A DNA stretch of 64,000 nt from Poseidonia sp. (GTDB lineage Archaea; Thermoplasmatota; Poseidoniia; Poseidoniales; Poseidoniaceae), in contig CBFIDD010000006.1 in assembly GCA_965661285.1 (NCBI GenBank), positions 32,001-96,000 of the forward strand, in the 5' to 3' direction. The first letter of the stretch is position 1. Every line of letters begins with the position of its first letter. Positions 26,701 to 38,600 of this stretch are shown here, piece after piece. The position numbers and the translations under genes are program-made. The notes beneath the pieces were generated by a model. The model was not told where the DNA came from, made no database searches, and was given only the letters and a program-made list of their open reading frames with translations.

Positions 26701-28190
26701 GAGTCGGCGGTGTTCCGTTGGACATTGATAAGGGAACCCTTGGCGCGAATGATGTCGCCGGTGTTACCCGTGATGGTGTTGTCGAGAATGCTGGCAGAGG
26801 AACGGAACACGTGTACGGCAGGGCAAGCAAAGTCGCCTCCATACATTTGCGAGTTGCACGTACCGGAGTTGTTGGAAATGGCGTTGTTGGCGAGGTACAA
26901 CCGAGCGGCAGAGGGCGCTGGAACTTGCCACCCTTGGTCTTCGTAGTGGTATTCGCCGATGAGCACGGGTTCCTTCCCCGTGTCTTGAATCGTGTTGTTT
27001 TCCGCAATAACATCGGACACGCCATAGATCCACAAGCCGTTCCATCCGCCAATAGGACCGATGGTGTTCTCGTGGAGTTCAACAACAGAGCCACGGATGC
27101 CAACACCAGACGCCTCAGCGGCACCAGAGATGGTATTACGTTCTGCGTAGACCTTTGCACCGTCGTAGGCGGTGAGACCCGCACCTTCTTCTGTGGTGAT
27201 GATGTTGTTGTTCACCTCAAGCGTGTGCTCGATGGTACCCGTTGTTTTCAGGGAGTTGGTGTCGATGGCGTTACATTTGACGTCAATGTCCGAATTGGTG
27301 AGGGTCCCCGAACTTGACTTCATGAGGATACCGTAGCTGTTGTCAGCGATGTCCAAATTGTCCATATCAACATACGAATCCTCGATGTAAATCACAGCAC
27401 GACCACCTCCCTGCTGCCCGCAATCCGCATCATTACCGGTAAATTCCGAGTTCTTGACCTCAAAAGTCGAGAGGATTCCTGCTCCTGCAGAATATGCCCG
27501 GACTGCGGCAGCGTCGTACCCTTGTCCGTCAACACCTAACTCAAATGATGAGTCGAGGAGAAGGGGCGATGCAAAGTCAAGAGCGATGACGTTTGAGGTA
27601 TTGACATCAGCAAACGAAAGGCCGCGAGCCGTGGTTGAGGACCCGTCAAAGACGAGGGCACCGTACTGCAACGACTGGAGGGATGGTACATACACAGGAT
27701 AGCCATATGCGTTTTCAAAATGAGCAAAATTGATCGATGTGATGGCTTGGTCGATGGTGTTTCTGATCACCATGCCGGAGCCACAAGCCGTGTCAGGGTT
27801 GTTGAAGCTGGCTGAATTGCTGTTCAAACACCAACCGGCCTTTTCGTAGGTGCTCGGCTGAGTCCAGATAAAGCGTGCCTGGGACGAGGCGGAACCTGCG
27901 CTTGCTCCGCAAGCCGCATCGCCGATGCAAATGGCACCCTCAACATCGATGTATTTTCCGAAGGGGATGTTCACCGTTGTACCAGCATTGACAATGAGTT
28001 TCGAACCCTGCGCAACGGTGACGTTGTCTTGGAGGTTCATTGTACCGGTCCATGTCTCGGTCCCGGTCACGGTCCCCTGGGTTGTTTCATTGACCGCCAT
28101 GACGGATGGGACCGAAACCACCGCCAACATGAGTGACATCATGTAGAGCAGCACCAAGGAGACGGATTTCGTTTTATTTTCTCGGGACAT
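23757..28190 (-). CDS. ~1,477-aa surface protein: right-handed beta-helix plus Ig-like domains, C-terminal TM and Gln/Pro/Trp tail
   Basis: ATG 28190 after GGTGA, signal peptide, Asn-ladder repeats (NNII, NTIS, ENTI, NNTI, NNAI, DNTI), Ig-like GTASD/RAYDG modules, TM LTIALIVIAVLVLLGAGAFFF. Confidence 0.85.
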   Translation of the reverse strand: MSRENKTKSVSLVLLYMMSLMLAVVSVPSVMAVNETTQGTVTGTETWTGTMNLQDNVTVAQGSKLIVNAGTTVNIPFGKYIDVEGAICIGDAACGASAGSASSQARFIWTQPSTYEKAGWCLNSNSASFNNPDTACGSGMVIRNTIDQAITSINFAHFENAYGYPVYVPSLQSLQYGALVFDGSSTTARGLSFADVNTSNVIALDFASPLLLDSSFELGVDGQGYDAAAVRAYSAGAGILSTFEVKNSEFTGNDADCGQQGGGRAVIYIEDSYVDMDNLDIADNSYGILMKSSSGTLTNSDIDVKCNAIDTNSLKTTGTIEHTLEVNNNIITTEEGAGLTAYDGAKVYAERNTISGAAEASGVGIRGSVVELHENTIGPIGGWNGLWIYGVSDVIAENNTIQDTGKEPVLIGEYHYEDQGWQVPAPSAARLYLANNAISNNSGTCNSQMYGGDFACPAVHVFRSSASILDNTITGNTGDIIRAKGSLINVQRNTADSQGGFAGNISLHDDNYGNKYGSVAYFSGNTWTGVSQVYNITESRVTVQSEQIPSPGNGELYPVNIRWLGAECPYVQDECLQLPDTVALPPAQMPLALELVENATVFSFAALQNFDSSMIHVQNQNTAWGSQVRQGELVRYQVKAKNSNVEGATVVIKDATGLPLYELTTDAFGFTPQVSLPSDFLLDRNWNHVVGDKNAAIPGSNDGTGQPIYVDEDSCADGIDNDGDTFIDGGDLASDISDNSNCENGNREKPFYSVEAFKFGSGKDDFSYVLSGPIDDVINLENQRPSVSVNEPDGYSYATTVRITGQAWDGLKWPYANDNTAQQAQFGVIKRVEIQPPGSSDWFYASDVSGSNGEITMQSHPFRDWVYEWDGAAHPDGEGDIAFRIRSYDGLDYSPVEVRQYKLNLVPPTILVDVPTEGSVHQTGKVMFQGTASDPYQGTYGSDIKQIWFHITGPNDFEQQFFNQGSTSWSYQWSVAELPSGEYTIEVWAADSDFCIDEIVVADGCVAETRTITINNDNVPPNLQLSWIGAEDQTSGGIDGDTVRASPETKIIGVARDIGGFVTRVEIEITDLANGIVLNDGPLPVTTFAQDGSWVANWDTSKLVHDSVYSVAVRAYDGDDYSEWSTWRMTINNPLDAENIDPVFNETGWVGTWTIFCDQNSNSFDRCGGGVSFDLAEFFSDPDGTGSPGNDLEFYVYDDDETIEDDFYDDFITITPLGVLTYDPMSYMAQTTSSIPDWSLNGVVVYAQDDQESKAYSLKVNFLVRSVSFTVERADVGDITVNDPATFQGEGLPGSLVIARFADGNAKLNSTRVLSDGSWSMDLTAGQLSGVEGTSNVIFEMDGQIFNFAGQTDNAEFAITVSSGDDGGSGVLTIALIVIAVLVLLGAGAFFFIEFEEIPDEADLTGDDAPQQEDPYAWAKTKQTPSLPQQQVAPQTQAAPAVQEAAAPAASQHPGWLWDQASNQWVPDPDYQQPPQA

Positions 28191-28224
28191 CAGCGATTCA
28201 CCCAGTCCGTCCATGAACGGGCCG

Positions 28225-28233
28225 AATATAATA
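28225..28233 (-). promoter_or_regulatory. Putative TATA box for the beta-helix/STAND genes
   Basis: TATTATATT on the minus strand, 35 bp upstream of ATG 28190, in an AT-rich intergenic region. Confidence 0.45.
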
Positions 28234-28385
28234 CTGCGCCTCATTTGACGGATTAAAAATATCAATGTTGGCTTAGAGTATCAGTAAAACCGCCGGATTT
28301 CGGGGCCATAATACCGTATTCTAGACGAAAACCAACCTAAAATGGTTCAATATTGGACCGTAGGAACGCTGGAATTCATCAACAT

Positions 28386-29594
28386 CTAGCAATCCCTTAT
28401 CCTCAATGCTGATTGATGCCAGGCTTCTGCATCGAGCGCGCCATATCCTCCCCGAGCATCATGCTCGGGAACACCGCTCTCGCTCATCGAATCCACCAGG
28501 GCTTGCTTGACCTCAATAAGACAAGAAGCATTACCACCAGGTTGTGGCTTCAACCAGGGAAGATCTTCCAGAATGAGGGCTAAAGCGCCAGCCACGAAGA
28601 CCGTCGCATCGGAGGTCCCACTGCTGGAGTACCACAGGTTGTCCTCCCCAGTGCTGATCACGCGTTCTCCTGGGGCAACCACCTCAGGTTTGAGATGGGG
28701 AGTTTGGCGCTCAACACCGTCCCGGTCGTATGCTGAACCCGTGGAAGTATTGGACCACAATGCCCCTGTTTTGCTTGAGGCCCCGACAGAAATGGCCAGA
28801 GCCACACTTCCGGGAGAAGCAACATCGCCGTCATCATCCATACCGTCGTTCCCTGCCGCAGCAACAACATAGACGCCTGCATCCGTGGCTTGCCTGGTCG
28901 CAGAGGACGAACCACCCTCTGAACCTCCTCGCGGTTCTGAGCCTCCCAAGGAAAGCGAAATGATATCGGCTTCAAATTCAAATTGGCACCAACGAATAGC
29001 ATCGGCAACATCGTTGTCGAGTCCAGTATTTTCGCCACCACCGTTGTCGCTCAGGGCTGCAACCATGGCGAAGCTCGCGTTCGGAGCAGCCCCTGTTTGA
29101 TGCGACGTCGAAAGCAGCAATCCCGCCATCAACGTCCCGTGGGAAACAGCGCCGTAGTCAATGGGTGTACGGGACGTGCCAACCAAGTCCTTGAACTCGA
29201 TTTGACTGGTTGAAAACGCCTCGTGTGAAGCATCCACGCCCGTGTCAACCATGCAAACCCGAACGCCCTCACCGGACAAACCAGCCTGTTGGAGGTCACG
29301 AAGGGATGTGTCTTCAAACGCCCATTCGGATTCAGGCAACGGCAAATCGATGACAATCCACTGATTTTGCCACATGAGTAGACTGGCCGAAACCAACAAC
29401 GCAAAAGCGACCATACCAGGTACCGTAAGAGGCCGTCGACGCTGACGAACGACCGGTTCAACTTCATAGGGTGCCCACCCCATGATTTCTGAACGCCATT
29501 CGTTTTGGAATCCGACCACGGTCGGGTCAACAGCAGACACAATGCGCCGGTCGGTGGGCTCTGGAAGGTACTCTACATCCCGGAGACCTTCCAT
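28386..29594 (-). CDS. Membrane-anchored S8 (subtilisin-like) serine peptidase
   Basis: VDTG (Asp), HGT (His), AAAGN (oxyanion Asn), SGTSDA (Ser), N-terminal TM. Start is uncertain: ATG 29594, or 29678 in the ORF track. Confidence 0.88.
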   Translation of the reverse strand: MEGLRDVEYLPEPTDRRIVSAVDPTVVGFQNEWRSEIMGWAPYEVEPVVRQRRRPLTVPGMVAFALLVSASLLMWQNQWIVIDLPLPESEWAFEDTSLRDLQQAGLSGEGVRVCMVDTGVDASHEAFSTSQIEFKDLVGTSRTPIDYGAVSHGTLMAGLLLSTSHQTGAAPNASFAMVAALSDNGGGENTGLDNDVADAIRWCQFEFEADIISLSLGGSEPRGGSEGGSSSATRQATDAGVYVVAAAGNDGMDDDGDVASPGSVALAISVGASSKTGALWSNTSTGSAYDRDGVERQTPHLKPEVVAPGERVISTGEDNLWYSSSGTSDATVFVAGALALILEDLPWLKPQPGGNASCLIEVKQALVDSMSESGVPEHDARGGYGALDAEAWHQSALRIRDC

Positions 29595-29658
29595 GGCTAT
29601 CACTACCCAAAGGTTGGGCACATGAACCCTTGTTTGAAAATTCAGCAGAAACTGAACA

Positions 29659-32600
29659 TCAGAACTTGCTTCCACCACGACTCCGAGCTGTCTTCACACC
29701 GCCGTACACCACCAAGATGGCGAGCAAGGCGATCAACAGGGTCATCCAGGCCGATTCACCGTCAGCCGAAGATTCGATGTTGTATTCCAGAGCGAAGTCA
29801 TCAGCGTCCGGTATGGATTCCACGCTTTCAGCCTCAGCACCAGCTACTTCCATGCGATAGTCAAACCGCTGATTACCGGGATTGAACGACATGCCCTCAA
29901 AGACAGCCGTGCCTTCTCCGCCTGCGGGGACAGAAATGGTTTGCGACATCTCTGCGCCGCCGGGCGGGGTCAAGTAGACAATCACCGACGGGGCGTCGAG
30001 CAGTCCCTCGTTCTTCACGGGCACGCGGACAGCGCCGTCCTGACCTGCAATCAAGTCCGAAGCCGTAGCGATGTCTGCGGTGTTGAGGGTGAGTTTGATG
30101 GTCGCCTTTTGGATGCTGACAACCACTTCTTCACGCTCAACATCGTCACTCTGACTGTTGACATACACAGTCAGGTCAAAGTTGCCCTCGGCGAAAGATG
30201 CGGGAGCGAACACAGTAAATTGTTGCGTACGGGTTTCGCCCTTGTTCAATGTCAGCGTCGAGGTCATCGGGGTGACCGACCAGTCGGCTGGTATACCGCT
30301 TTCAAGCAACTCAATGCTAAAGGAATCCTGGCCGTTTCCATCGTTGGTCAAATCAAAGGAGAATTGACGCTCGATGAGGGCGGACATACCGACTTCTTCC
30401 GTAGCCTCAGAGATGGAGAAGCCATACGTCTGTGGCACGAAGACCTTCACAGAAGCCTGTGAGGACTCGCCAAGGTCGGTTTGCAAGCGCATTGTCATGC
30501 GGTGGCCGTTGGTTAATTTCCAAGCATCCTCAACACCGGGGAGCGTAATCTGAACCTTGATGTTCTCAGAGAGAACGGCCGGTGTTTCGGCGTCTCCAAT
30601 GCCCAAAGCAACGCTGATGCTGTCTTCGTACGATTCGCTCGTTTCGTTGTAGAATTGAACGGTCCACAGGTCAGAATCCTGTGCAAGGCCCATCTCTCCG
30701 GTTACGGAGAACACGTCCATCAGTTCGGTGCCGTTGTACACCAAATCGTAGTCAAAGGTGATGGTTGAGTAAGCCGATTCGTTCGTGGTCGACACCGTAG
30801 CTTCAATTTCTGAATCGGATGCACTTAGCAGAGAGGCGCCAACAAGTGAAGCCTCGCCAAAGGTGATGTCAACAGCGGAATTCACTCGGCGGTTGTACTG
30901 CAGGGTCGCAGAGATGGTTGAATCAGCGGAGACTGAAGTGGTCTGACCACCGTAGTATTCCATCTCGAGGTTGGTGCTGTGTTGGACCGTCATGAATTCA
31001 CTGTCGAAGGCTACGCTGCCTTCAGGGAACAGTTCGCGAATCTCGCCGTCGGCGGGTACATCCATCACCCATGACAGTTCGTCAAAGGTGACTTCTATTT
31101 GCACCTCATCACTGATCATGCTCGCGCCATCACCATCAGAACCAGCGTCATGCTCGTTTTGTTCGATATCCGTCCACGCTGTGGTCAATTCAACATAGCC
31201 ACCAAGGGCCATGACCATGGTGATGTTTCCACCGTCGGAAACAGAGGCATCCAACAATCCGATAGCTACACCACCGCCGTTGAAACCGGGTTCAGACTCT
31301 GTGACTATAACCACCCATTCACCAGGCTGGACGCTGCTCGTCCATTCCAGGACGCTTCCGTTCATTGTACCGTCAACGTGGATGGGTTCACGCTCAACAC
31401 CCGCAACCGGGTAGAGAACGATGTTCGCGTTAACAAGGCGGGCAGCATCAACTTGGTCGGTAACGCTTCCTTGAACGTCAACCGAGCCAGCAGTCACTTC
31501 AATGTCTGTGGAGTCTGGACTGTCATGGACGGTATATCCGGATTGGTTTTGCGTCTCGTAATACACGGTTTCGAATCCTTCGCGCTCGACCGTGACGTTG
31601 TACACATCGCGAATAGGGACAAACACCCGCCAAACACCCTCGTCGTCCGTCATGACGGTTTCAAAGAATGACGTGTTGTCTCCTTGTACGGTCACGCTCA
31701 TGTCGGGAAGTCCTTCGTTCAGGCTTGGCGCACTGTTGTTGTCAAGATCCCAGTAGACCTTTCCACCGATCTCGACCTCAAGGGTGGCGAATTCGGGCTC
31801 AAGTATGAGGCGGTTGTCGGTGGCCGACGTCGTGGTAAATGATCGCTCGCTGGTGTCCAAGAACCAAGATTTTCCACCGACCGTGCGGTTGAGGTACAGG
31901 CTCCACGTCCCGGGCATCAGTAATTCAGTCGAGTTCCCATCAACATCGGTTCGCTCAAACGTGATGTTGCCAAGACCATCGTGGCTGACAGCGGTAACCG
32001 TCATGTCCGAAAGTTTGGCGTTGGTTTGTTCCTCCCACAGTTGCAATGTTACCTCAACACTGATGTCTGTCTTCAAAGACAATCCAGTACGTTCGTTAGC
32101 GTTCTCACCTACAACGAGCGTCTGACGCAAGATCTCGGTGTGGTCGCCGTTGTCAAACGGAGCAACGATGATGAGCCAATCCCCAGCAGGCACATAAGCA
32201 GCGAAGGATCCGTTGACATCCGAATCAACATTGAACCACTGGTCGTCAGCTTCGTTGTAGAGCAGGAAGTTGTTGGCAATGCCTTCATCGGTAGTGTTCA
32301 CAAGGGTACCGGAAACCAAGTAGGTGTTCTTCAGGGGCACCTCAAAAGGTTCGTCAATGGCTTCGAGACCAACACGCAGGGCGTCCAAGAACACTTCGCT
32401 CACGAGGTCGTAATCGGTGGCGTTCTCGTCACCCGCCGAGGTTCGGTTGAACACGACATCGTACCCGCCGGGTGTCAACGAGACGGTGATGAGACCGGGC
32501 TGCGTGTAATCATCAGCGGTGAAGTACAAACTTTCTCTGTTCTCGTTAGCGGGTCGCAAAGCGAAGTCAGGCGACACCATGGTGCCGTTCTCGAACGTGC

Positions 32601-35600
32601 CGTCTTCGGCAGAATCCAGGTACATGTGGAGGGTGACCTCCACCGCTTCGGGGTGAACAATCAGTTCCATCATGGAAAGTTGCTCTGTTGCTGACCGGTT
32701 AATGACGAGGTCGTCAATCCCGGTTGCATTGAGGCGACTGTCTTCAACAGTAATATCCCATGTTCCATCGGGGAGTCCAAACATGAATTCTCCAAGTTCG
32801 GAACCGGATGTTCGCCAAATCAATCCCGCATCGTTTGTGGCCGTGATGTCTGGCGATTCCCACGTAGCCAACGAAGAACTCCACCGAGTGAGGTTGTCGT
32901 AGAGATGAACCATACCGTTCACGGTTGTCGTCGGCTCGAGGTAGAGCGCACCGAGGTCCAGGTTTTCACCAAGTTCTGCTGAAACCAGTTGGCCGTAGCC
33001 GCGGTCAGAGATGACACTCTCGGTCGTCATGTGGTAAGCGAATCCTGATGGGACGCGAACCGAAAAGAATCCGGTCACGTTGGTGGTTGAGGAGAACGCA
33101 AGGTTGCCGGAGACAAAGTTCACCGTCAGAGCGGAAGCCGGCTCTGTCGTTTTCTCTCTGTCTTCCAGAGGCGTCTCCTGGAGCCAAACATCGTAATCAT
33201 CAACAACGGTCGTACGCATGGTTCCGTTGATGTAAATAGCCTTGGCATAGGTGACATCCTTGGTGATGTCGTCATCGCCCGGCGTCAGTTCAACCTGATC
33301 AAAGAGAACGAATTCGGGGTTGACATCGTCGTTGATGTTCCAAACACCAAAGAGCAACTCCGCGTAGAGTTCACCGTTCTCATCGCTGGTCGCAACAACA
33401 GGTTGTAATCCACCAGCATCGTTTTCAAAGGTGATCGTTCGATTTGCGACATCGAAAAGCGGTTCTTGTGTCGCTGGGTCAACAGGAGAAACCAGTCGCA
33501 GTGTGATATCCGAGTTGTCAGGCACATTGAGTGCCAGCGTGATGTTGGATACATCGTCATCAATAACGGTCGTTTCATTAAAATCGTACCAACCGTCGTT
33601 GTCAATGTCACCTCGGTAGTAGTAGGCTCCGGGTGCTACGGGTCCATAGGAGAACGTCCCGTTCTCGTCAGTGAGAATCATGGCCGCAAACTCTTCTCCG
33701 AGTTGGACGTCGACCAATTCAATGGTTTGATTGGGCAGAACCTCGTTGTACATGTCCATCAAGGTGTCCTCGAAGATGGCGCCAGGCAGCGTCATCTTGA
33801 GATCGTATGAAGGTTCAATGCCGATTTCGACAGGGTCGGGCAAGACGACTTCTTTCCCGTTCTCCAGTTGTGCAATCATTTGGTAAGTACCTGGGAGCAA
33901 ACCGGTCTTGTAAAATGAACCGGGCTCAACCATGGGTCCTGAAAAGGCACCTACACCGATGAACAGTCCCGTACCGTTGAAGGTACCTGTTCCTTCAAAG
34001 AGACCCGCTCCTTCGATGGTTTCTCCTTGGCCCGCTTCTTGATCACCGTACGTTCGGCTGAGGGTGGACGTGCCTTCAGAGGTGTAAGTACCAAAGGCAT
34101 CTACGGTACCCTCAAGACGGTAGGTCGGAACATCGCCACTGTCATCGATCATGCACAACGATTCGTTCGCTGGCATGATGGCATTGGATTCATTGTCAAA
34201 CTCACAGTTTGCGACGTTCGCAGGTTCAACCCACGTCGCATCAATCGTACCTGCACCAGACCATGTACCGTTAGCAAAGAACGAGCGATCGTTGCCAATT
34301 TCCCGCGTGAACGTTCCAATAAAGTTGGTCGCAAGGGCAATCCCCTCGCTGTCGAAGGATCCGTTCTCTGTCAAGGTGGCTTCACCGGTACCTTGGAGGA
34401 TTCGTGATTCCTCCGAGGTGAATGAACCGCTGGTCGTTTCCACGCTGTAGTTATCGGTCATGGACCAAATGTTTCGGAGGATGAACGATGTCTCGGCAAT
34501 GGGATCACCGTTGAAGGCCTCATCTCCCGTCCACGAAACCGTCCCTGAAACACCGCTGCTTTGCACGGCGATGTCGAGGGTGTTCTGCATCTCAACCATG
34601 CGTTCGGCTTCGTCGGCGGTGACATTGAGTTGGGCCTCACCCAGCCACGTCATGTTCGCAACTTGGCCAAGAATTGCCGTGATTTCGTTGATTTCTCTGT
34701 CATCGTTGACATCGGTGAGAATATCGCCCAACCGTTCTCCGTAGGAACCATCACGAATCTTGTCCTGTGCCACGGTTGGATTGTACTCACCTGCAAATGC
34801 AGAGATACGGATCTTCCCCGCAGGTGCAAGGAAACTGTAGTGACCGTCATCGTCTGCATCAACAAAGCCAATGGGGACCCAGTAGGTGTCTTCATCCAAA
34901 TCCTCAGTACCTTCTCCGGAGAACGCATCGCGCTCAACAAGCAAACGAATACCTGAGAGGCCCTCGCCGTTATCGCTCATGGTCACTTGTCCGGTCATTT
35001 CTGCACCGGGATAGTACTTGAGAATCTTCACCAGCGTGTTGGCCGATTGGATTTGGTCATCGGGGTTTTCGCTGTACCAGTTCGCCACAACGAAATGGTT
35101 CATCATGGCACCCGGAAGCGGCAATGAATTGGTCAGTATGGTGCCCGGGGAGCCGGATTGTCCGAAGTGCTGCGCTGGTTGTGGGTTGCTCGATCCTGCA
35201 TCCAGACCGAGTGTGGAGGCTCCGTATCCAACGTAGGATCGGGCGACCATCGTTTCGAAGAAGGCAGGATTGTGATCCACGCGCACGTCCTCGATCTGCA
35301 GCGGGTCAATGTCAGCACCAGATTGCTGGTTGAGGAAGTCCTTCTGCATGGCTTCGTCCACTTCTTCCCGGGTCATTTCGTCCTGGAAGTCACCGCGAAC
35401 TGTTTCGTAGACCTCATCCATGTAGGTCGTAATGTCCTGTCCTGCCAGGATGGTTGGTGCCCCAAAGATACCCATTGGTTGACCACGGTTGTAGTTTGAG
35501 TCTGCGGTGTATCGCCCTGCGCGTGGGTAGAGACGGTCATCGATTGCAAAGTATCGGATTTCATGATCCCGAGAGATGGTTTCACCGGGAGCGCCTTCGT

Positions 35601-38600
35601 AGTTTTGTACCTTGTACAATCCTTCAAGGTTGATTAAGTCGTTGTACAGGTCGTGAATGGTATGATCCGGGTCTGCATCAAAGGCATCGGTGAGAAGTTG
35701 AGTAGCCATTGCCAATCTCGCGTTCTTTCGGTGGATCGAGGTGGAAACAGAATAATACTCATCGAGCAGATCGTTGGTGTACCAGTAATCGCCAAAGATC
35801 GTGTGTGTCCGGCCGTCAACGGTCTCCTGAGAGGTTCTCACGTTGTTGTTAAACGCAATATCAGCTTGTTCTATTGACCCGTACGCATCTCCCACACAGG
35901 TGGTGGCAGTGTCGTCAGCACAAGGGAGGATTTCGCCTTCCTTCCAAATCTTGTAGACCTTGTTGTTGGCGTCGAACAGCCCTGCTTCATGGGTGTATCC
36001 CTCAGCCATGACCACATCTCGGTTGGTTTTGATGACATTAAACGAACGAAGTTCAATGAAATCGACCATGGTCTCATCAGAGTTGGTCTGGATGGTCACA
36101 AAGTCCGAGTATTGCTCATCGTTGAGGTACTTCAAGAGCGTGTTTTCAAAGGAGGTGGTAAAACGATAGTTTCCATCGGAAGAGGCATATGTGCGATCAC
36201 CTTCAGAGAGTTGCCAAATGAACATGGCCGTCAGATCGTCTTGATTGCGAGCCAACAACATGTTTCCAGTCGCTGGAATACCGGATTGGAAGTTATCGGA
36301 AACCGAGGGGTGTTCACCCGTGCTCAGGGCTTGGAAACCGTAGTCCCACCAAGAAACAAAGGCTGGTTTTTCGGAGTAGGGCATGTCCGCGTCTTGATTT
36401 GCTAGCCATTGATACGCAGCATTCCAGCCGTTATCGTTGAACGAAGAACCGAAGCTTCCCAAGTACCAGCGGCCGTCATAGGTGCTGCTGTCGAGGATAG
36501 AAACCCCGAGTCCGTCCCAACGAAGGATATCGGGGACGATGTTGTAGATTCGCTCGTCAATTTCGCCTTCTTGGTTTGCAGTTCCAGGGATGGCAGAATC
36601 CAAACCGTAGGTGGCCTGTTGACCGAAAATCATGATCATGACGAGGAAGACTGCTGAAAATTGTGGCGTGCGCCACACGGCTTTGCGAGCACCGGCAATA
36701 CGGTCACCGGGCGTTCGGATACCGAACTTCTTCCACGAGCGAACCAGTCCTCTCCAGTTGGCCCACTGCCAGAGGGCCACGATACCAGCGGCGCCGAGAA
36801 CAGCCATGATGGGGGTGGCGTTGAACATGAAACGTGCGGCGTTCCAAGCCATGAAGGTGGCAGCGAACACCCACACGCCAAAGACGAGGGCTGTGCCGTT
36901 GCGGTGTCGAAGGCCACGCCAAAGCAAGCCGCCGCCCATGATGAGCGCCAGCAAGAAGGTGATGGGGCCAAAGGAAGCAAAGAGTTGAGCACGGTTTGGT
37001 GCATTTGCTTCCGCAACGGTTCCGAAAATCTTGGTCTTGGTGAAATATCCGCTACCGGTGAACAAAACATCCCACGCACTGGATAAATCGAGTGATTTCA
37101 AGACGAAGAGGATGGAAAAGAACACTGTGGCGAGCGCAGCAAGTGTCCCGAGGACAAGCAACCACGGCTTGTCGCGGAATCCGGTCGTCACGAAGGAAAT
37201 GGCCAGCGTGAAACCAAAGATGAACAAGAAGGGTTGCAGACCGGTCGAATCAAACACCAGGTTGAGTTGAGGGTGCCCGTAGAAGGGGAGCGCCATCAAG
37301 AAAATGGTGGTCAGCATCACGAGGAACATCACGCTGAGCGTGGTCGAATCTCGGCGTCGGAACATGTTTAATGCCACTTGAAGGGCGTAGGCCAAAAACA
37401 GAATTGACGGACCGACAACGAAACCTTTCCAGCCAAGTGCAACAATTCCGAAGGCGACACCGGCCAATACAGCGTTGGCCATGGCGGCCTGACGGTGCTT
37501 GGCAACATCACCGAAGGCTCGGACAAACGACATCGGATGGGCCGAGGTCGTTTTGGTGATTCGAGCTGAGCCTGCATACTTCACCGCTCGCAGCCAGTAC
37601 ATGAATCCAATAGAGATGAAGAGCATCACGAAGGAGTCGTGGTCAGCCAGCGCCCATGTCGAGTGCGTAACGTGAGCTGGCATGAAGGCGATGAGCCAAG
37701 CAGCGATGACACCCGCACCCTTTCCGAAGTGTTCTTTGGCCATGATGGCGATTGGGAAGATGGTAAGGGCCCCGTACACGGCTGGCAAGCCGAGCATGCT
37801 CCACCAGACCGCATCCTCGGGTGTACCAATGAACGGCTCAAGAATCATAGCACCAACGGCCATGGACCACGAAAAGAGAGGCGGTCGTGGGTTGATGCCA
37901 CCCACGGGATAGAATCGGTCCGCATCAACGATGAGGTGGGCGTTGTTTGCGAGGATGTAATCGACAACCCGCTTCATGTACCACGGGTCGGAACCTCCCG
38001 TCATGTCCCAGTTTCCTGTTCCAAAGGCGTTCATGGACGGCACAGCATACCACTGTATGCGAATGGCAAGACCGACCAGGAAGGCTAGCGCCACCATCAT
38101 GCCGGCGCCGTGGGAACGCAAGAAGAGACGTGCCTGTGAAGGCTCATGCTCTCCGCGGTTGGCCCAGCCGCCGTAGGACTCATGGTTGCCGATGTAGTAT
38201 ATCCCGACGCCGAGGAAGAACGTGAAGCCCAGCCAAATCAAGGCGCCCCACGTTCCGTCGAGGTCTTCGGAATACCAAATGCCGGCCTCAAACCAAGCAG
38301 CTACTTGGTAGAGCGTCCACATCGAGCCAACGAGCATGGCACGTGTGTACCATCGCTCGGCGACCATGCCGGCCACAATGAGCGCAACAACACCGGTCAG
38401 GAAGGCACTCCAGTAGCCGACATAGCCGTGATAGCCTTCTTCAGTCGTGATGCCCAACTGGTCGATGAGGCCCACCGAATTGAAGTGGTAGAGCGACCCA
38501 GCAAATGCAAGAACCCACACACCGAGCGCAATCATCAACGGAAGCGCATCTCGGTTGAATCCGGGTTTGTGGCCGAGGAACGAAAACCAACCTTCCTTTC

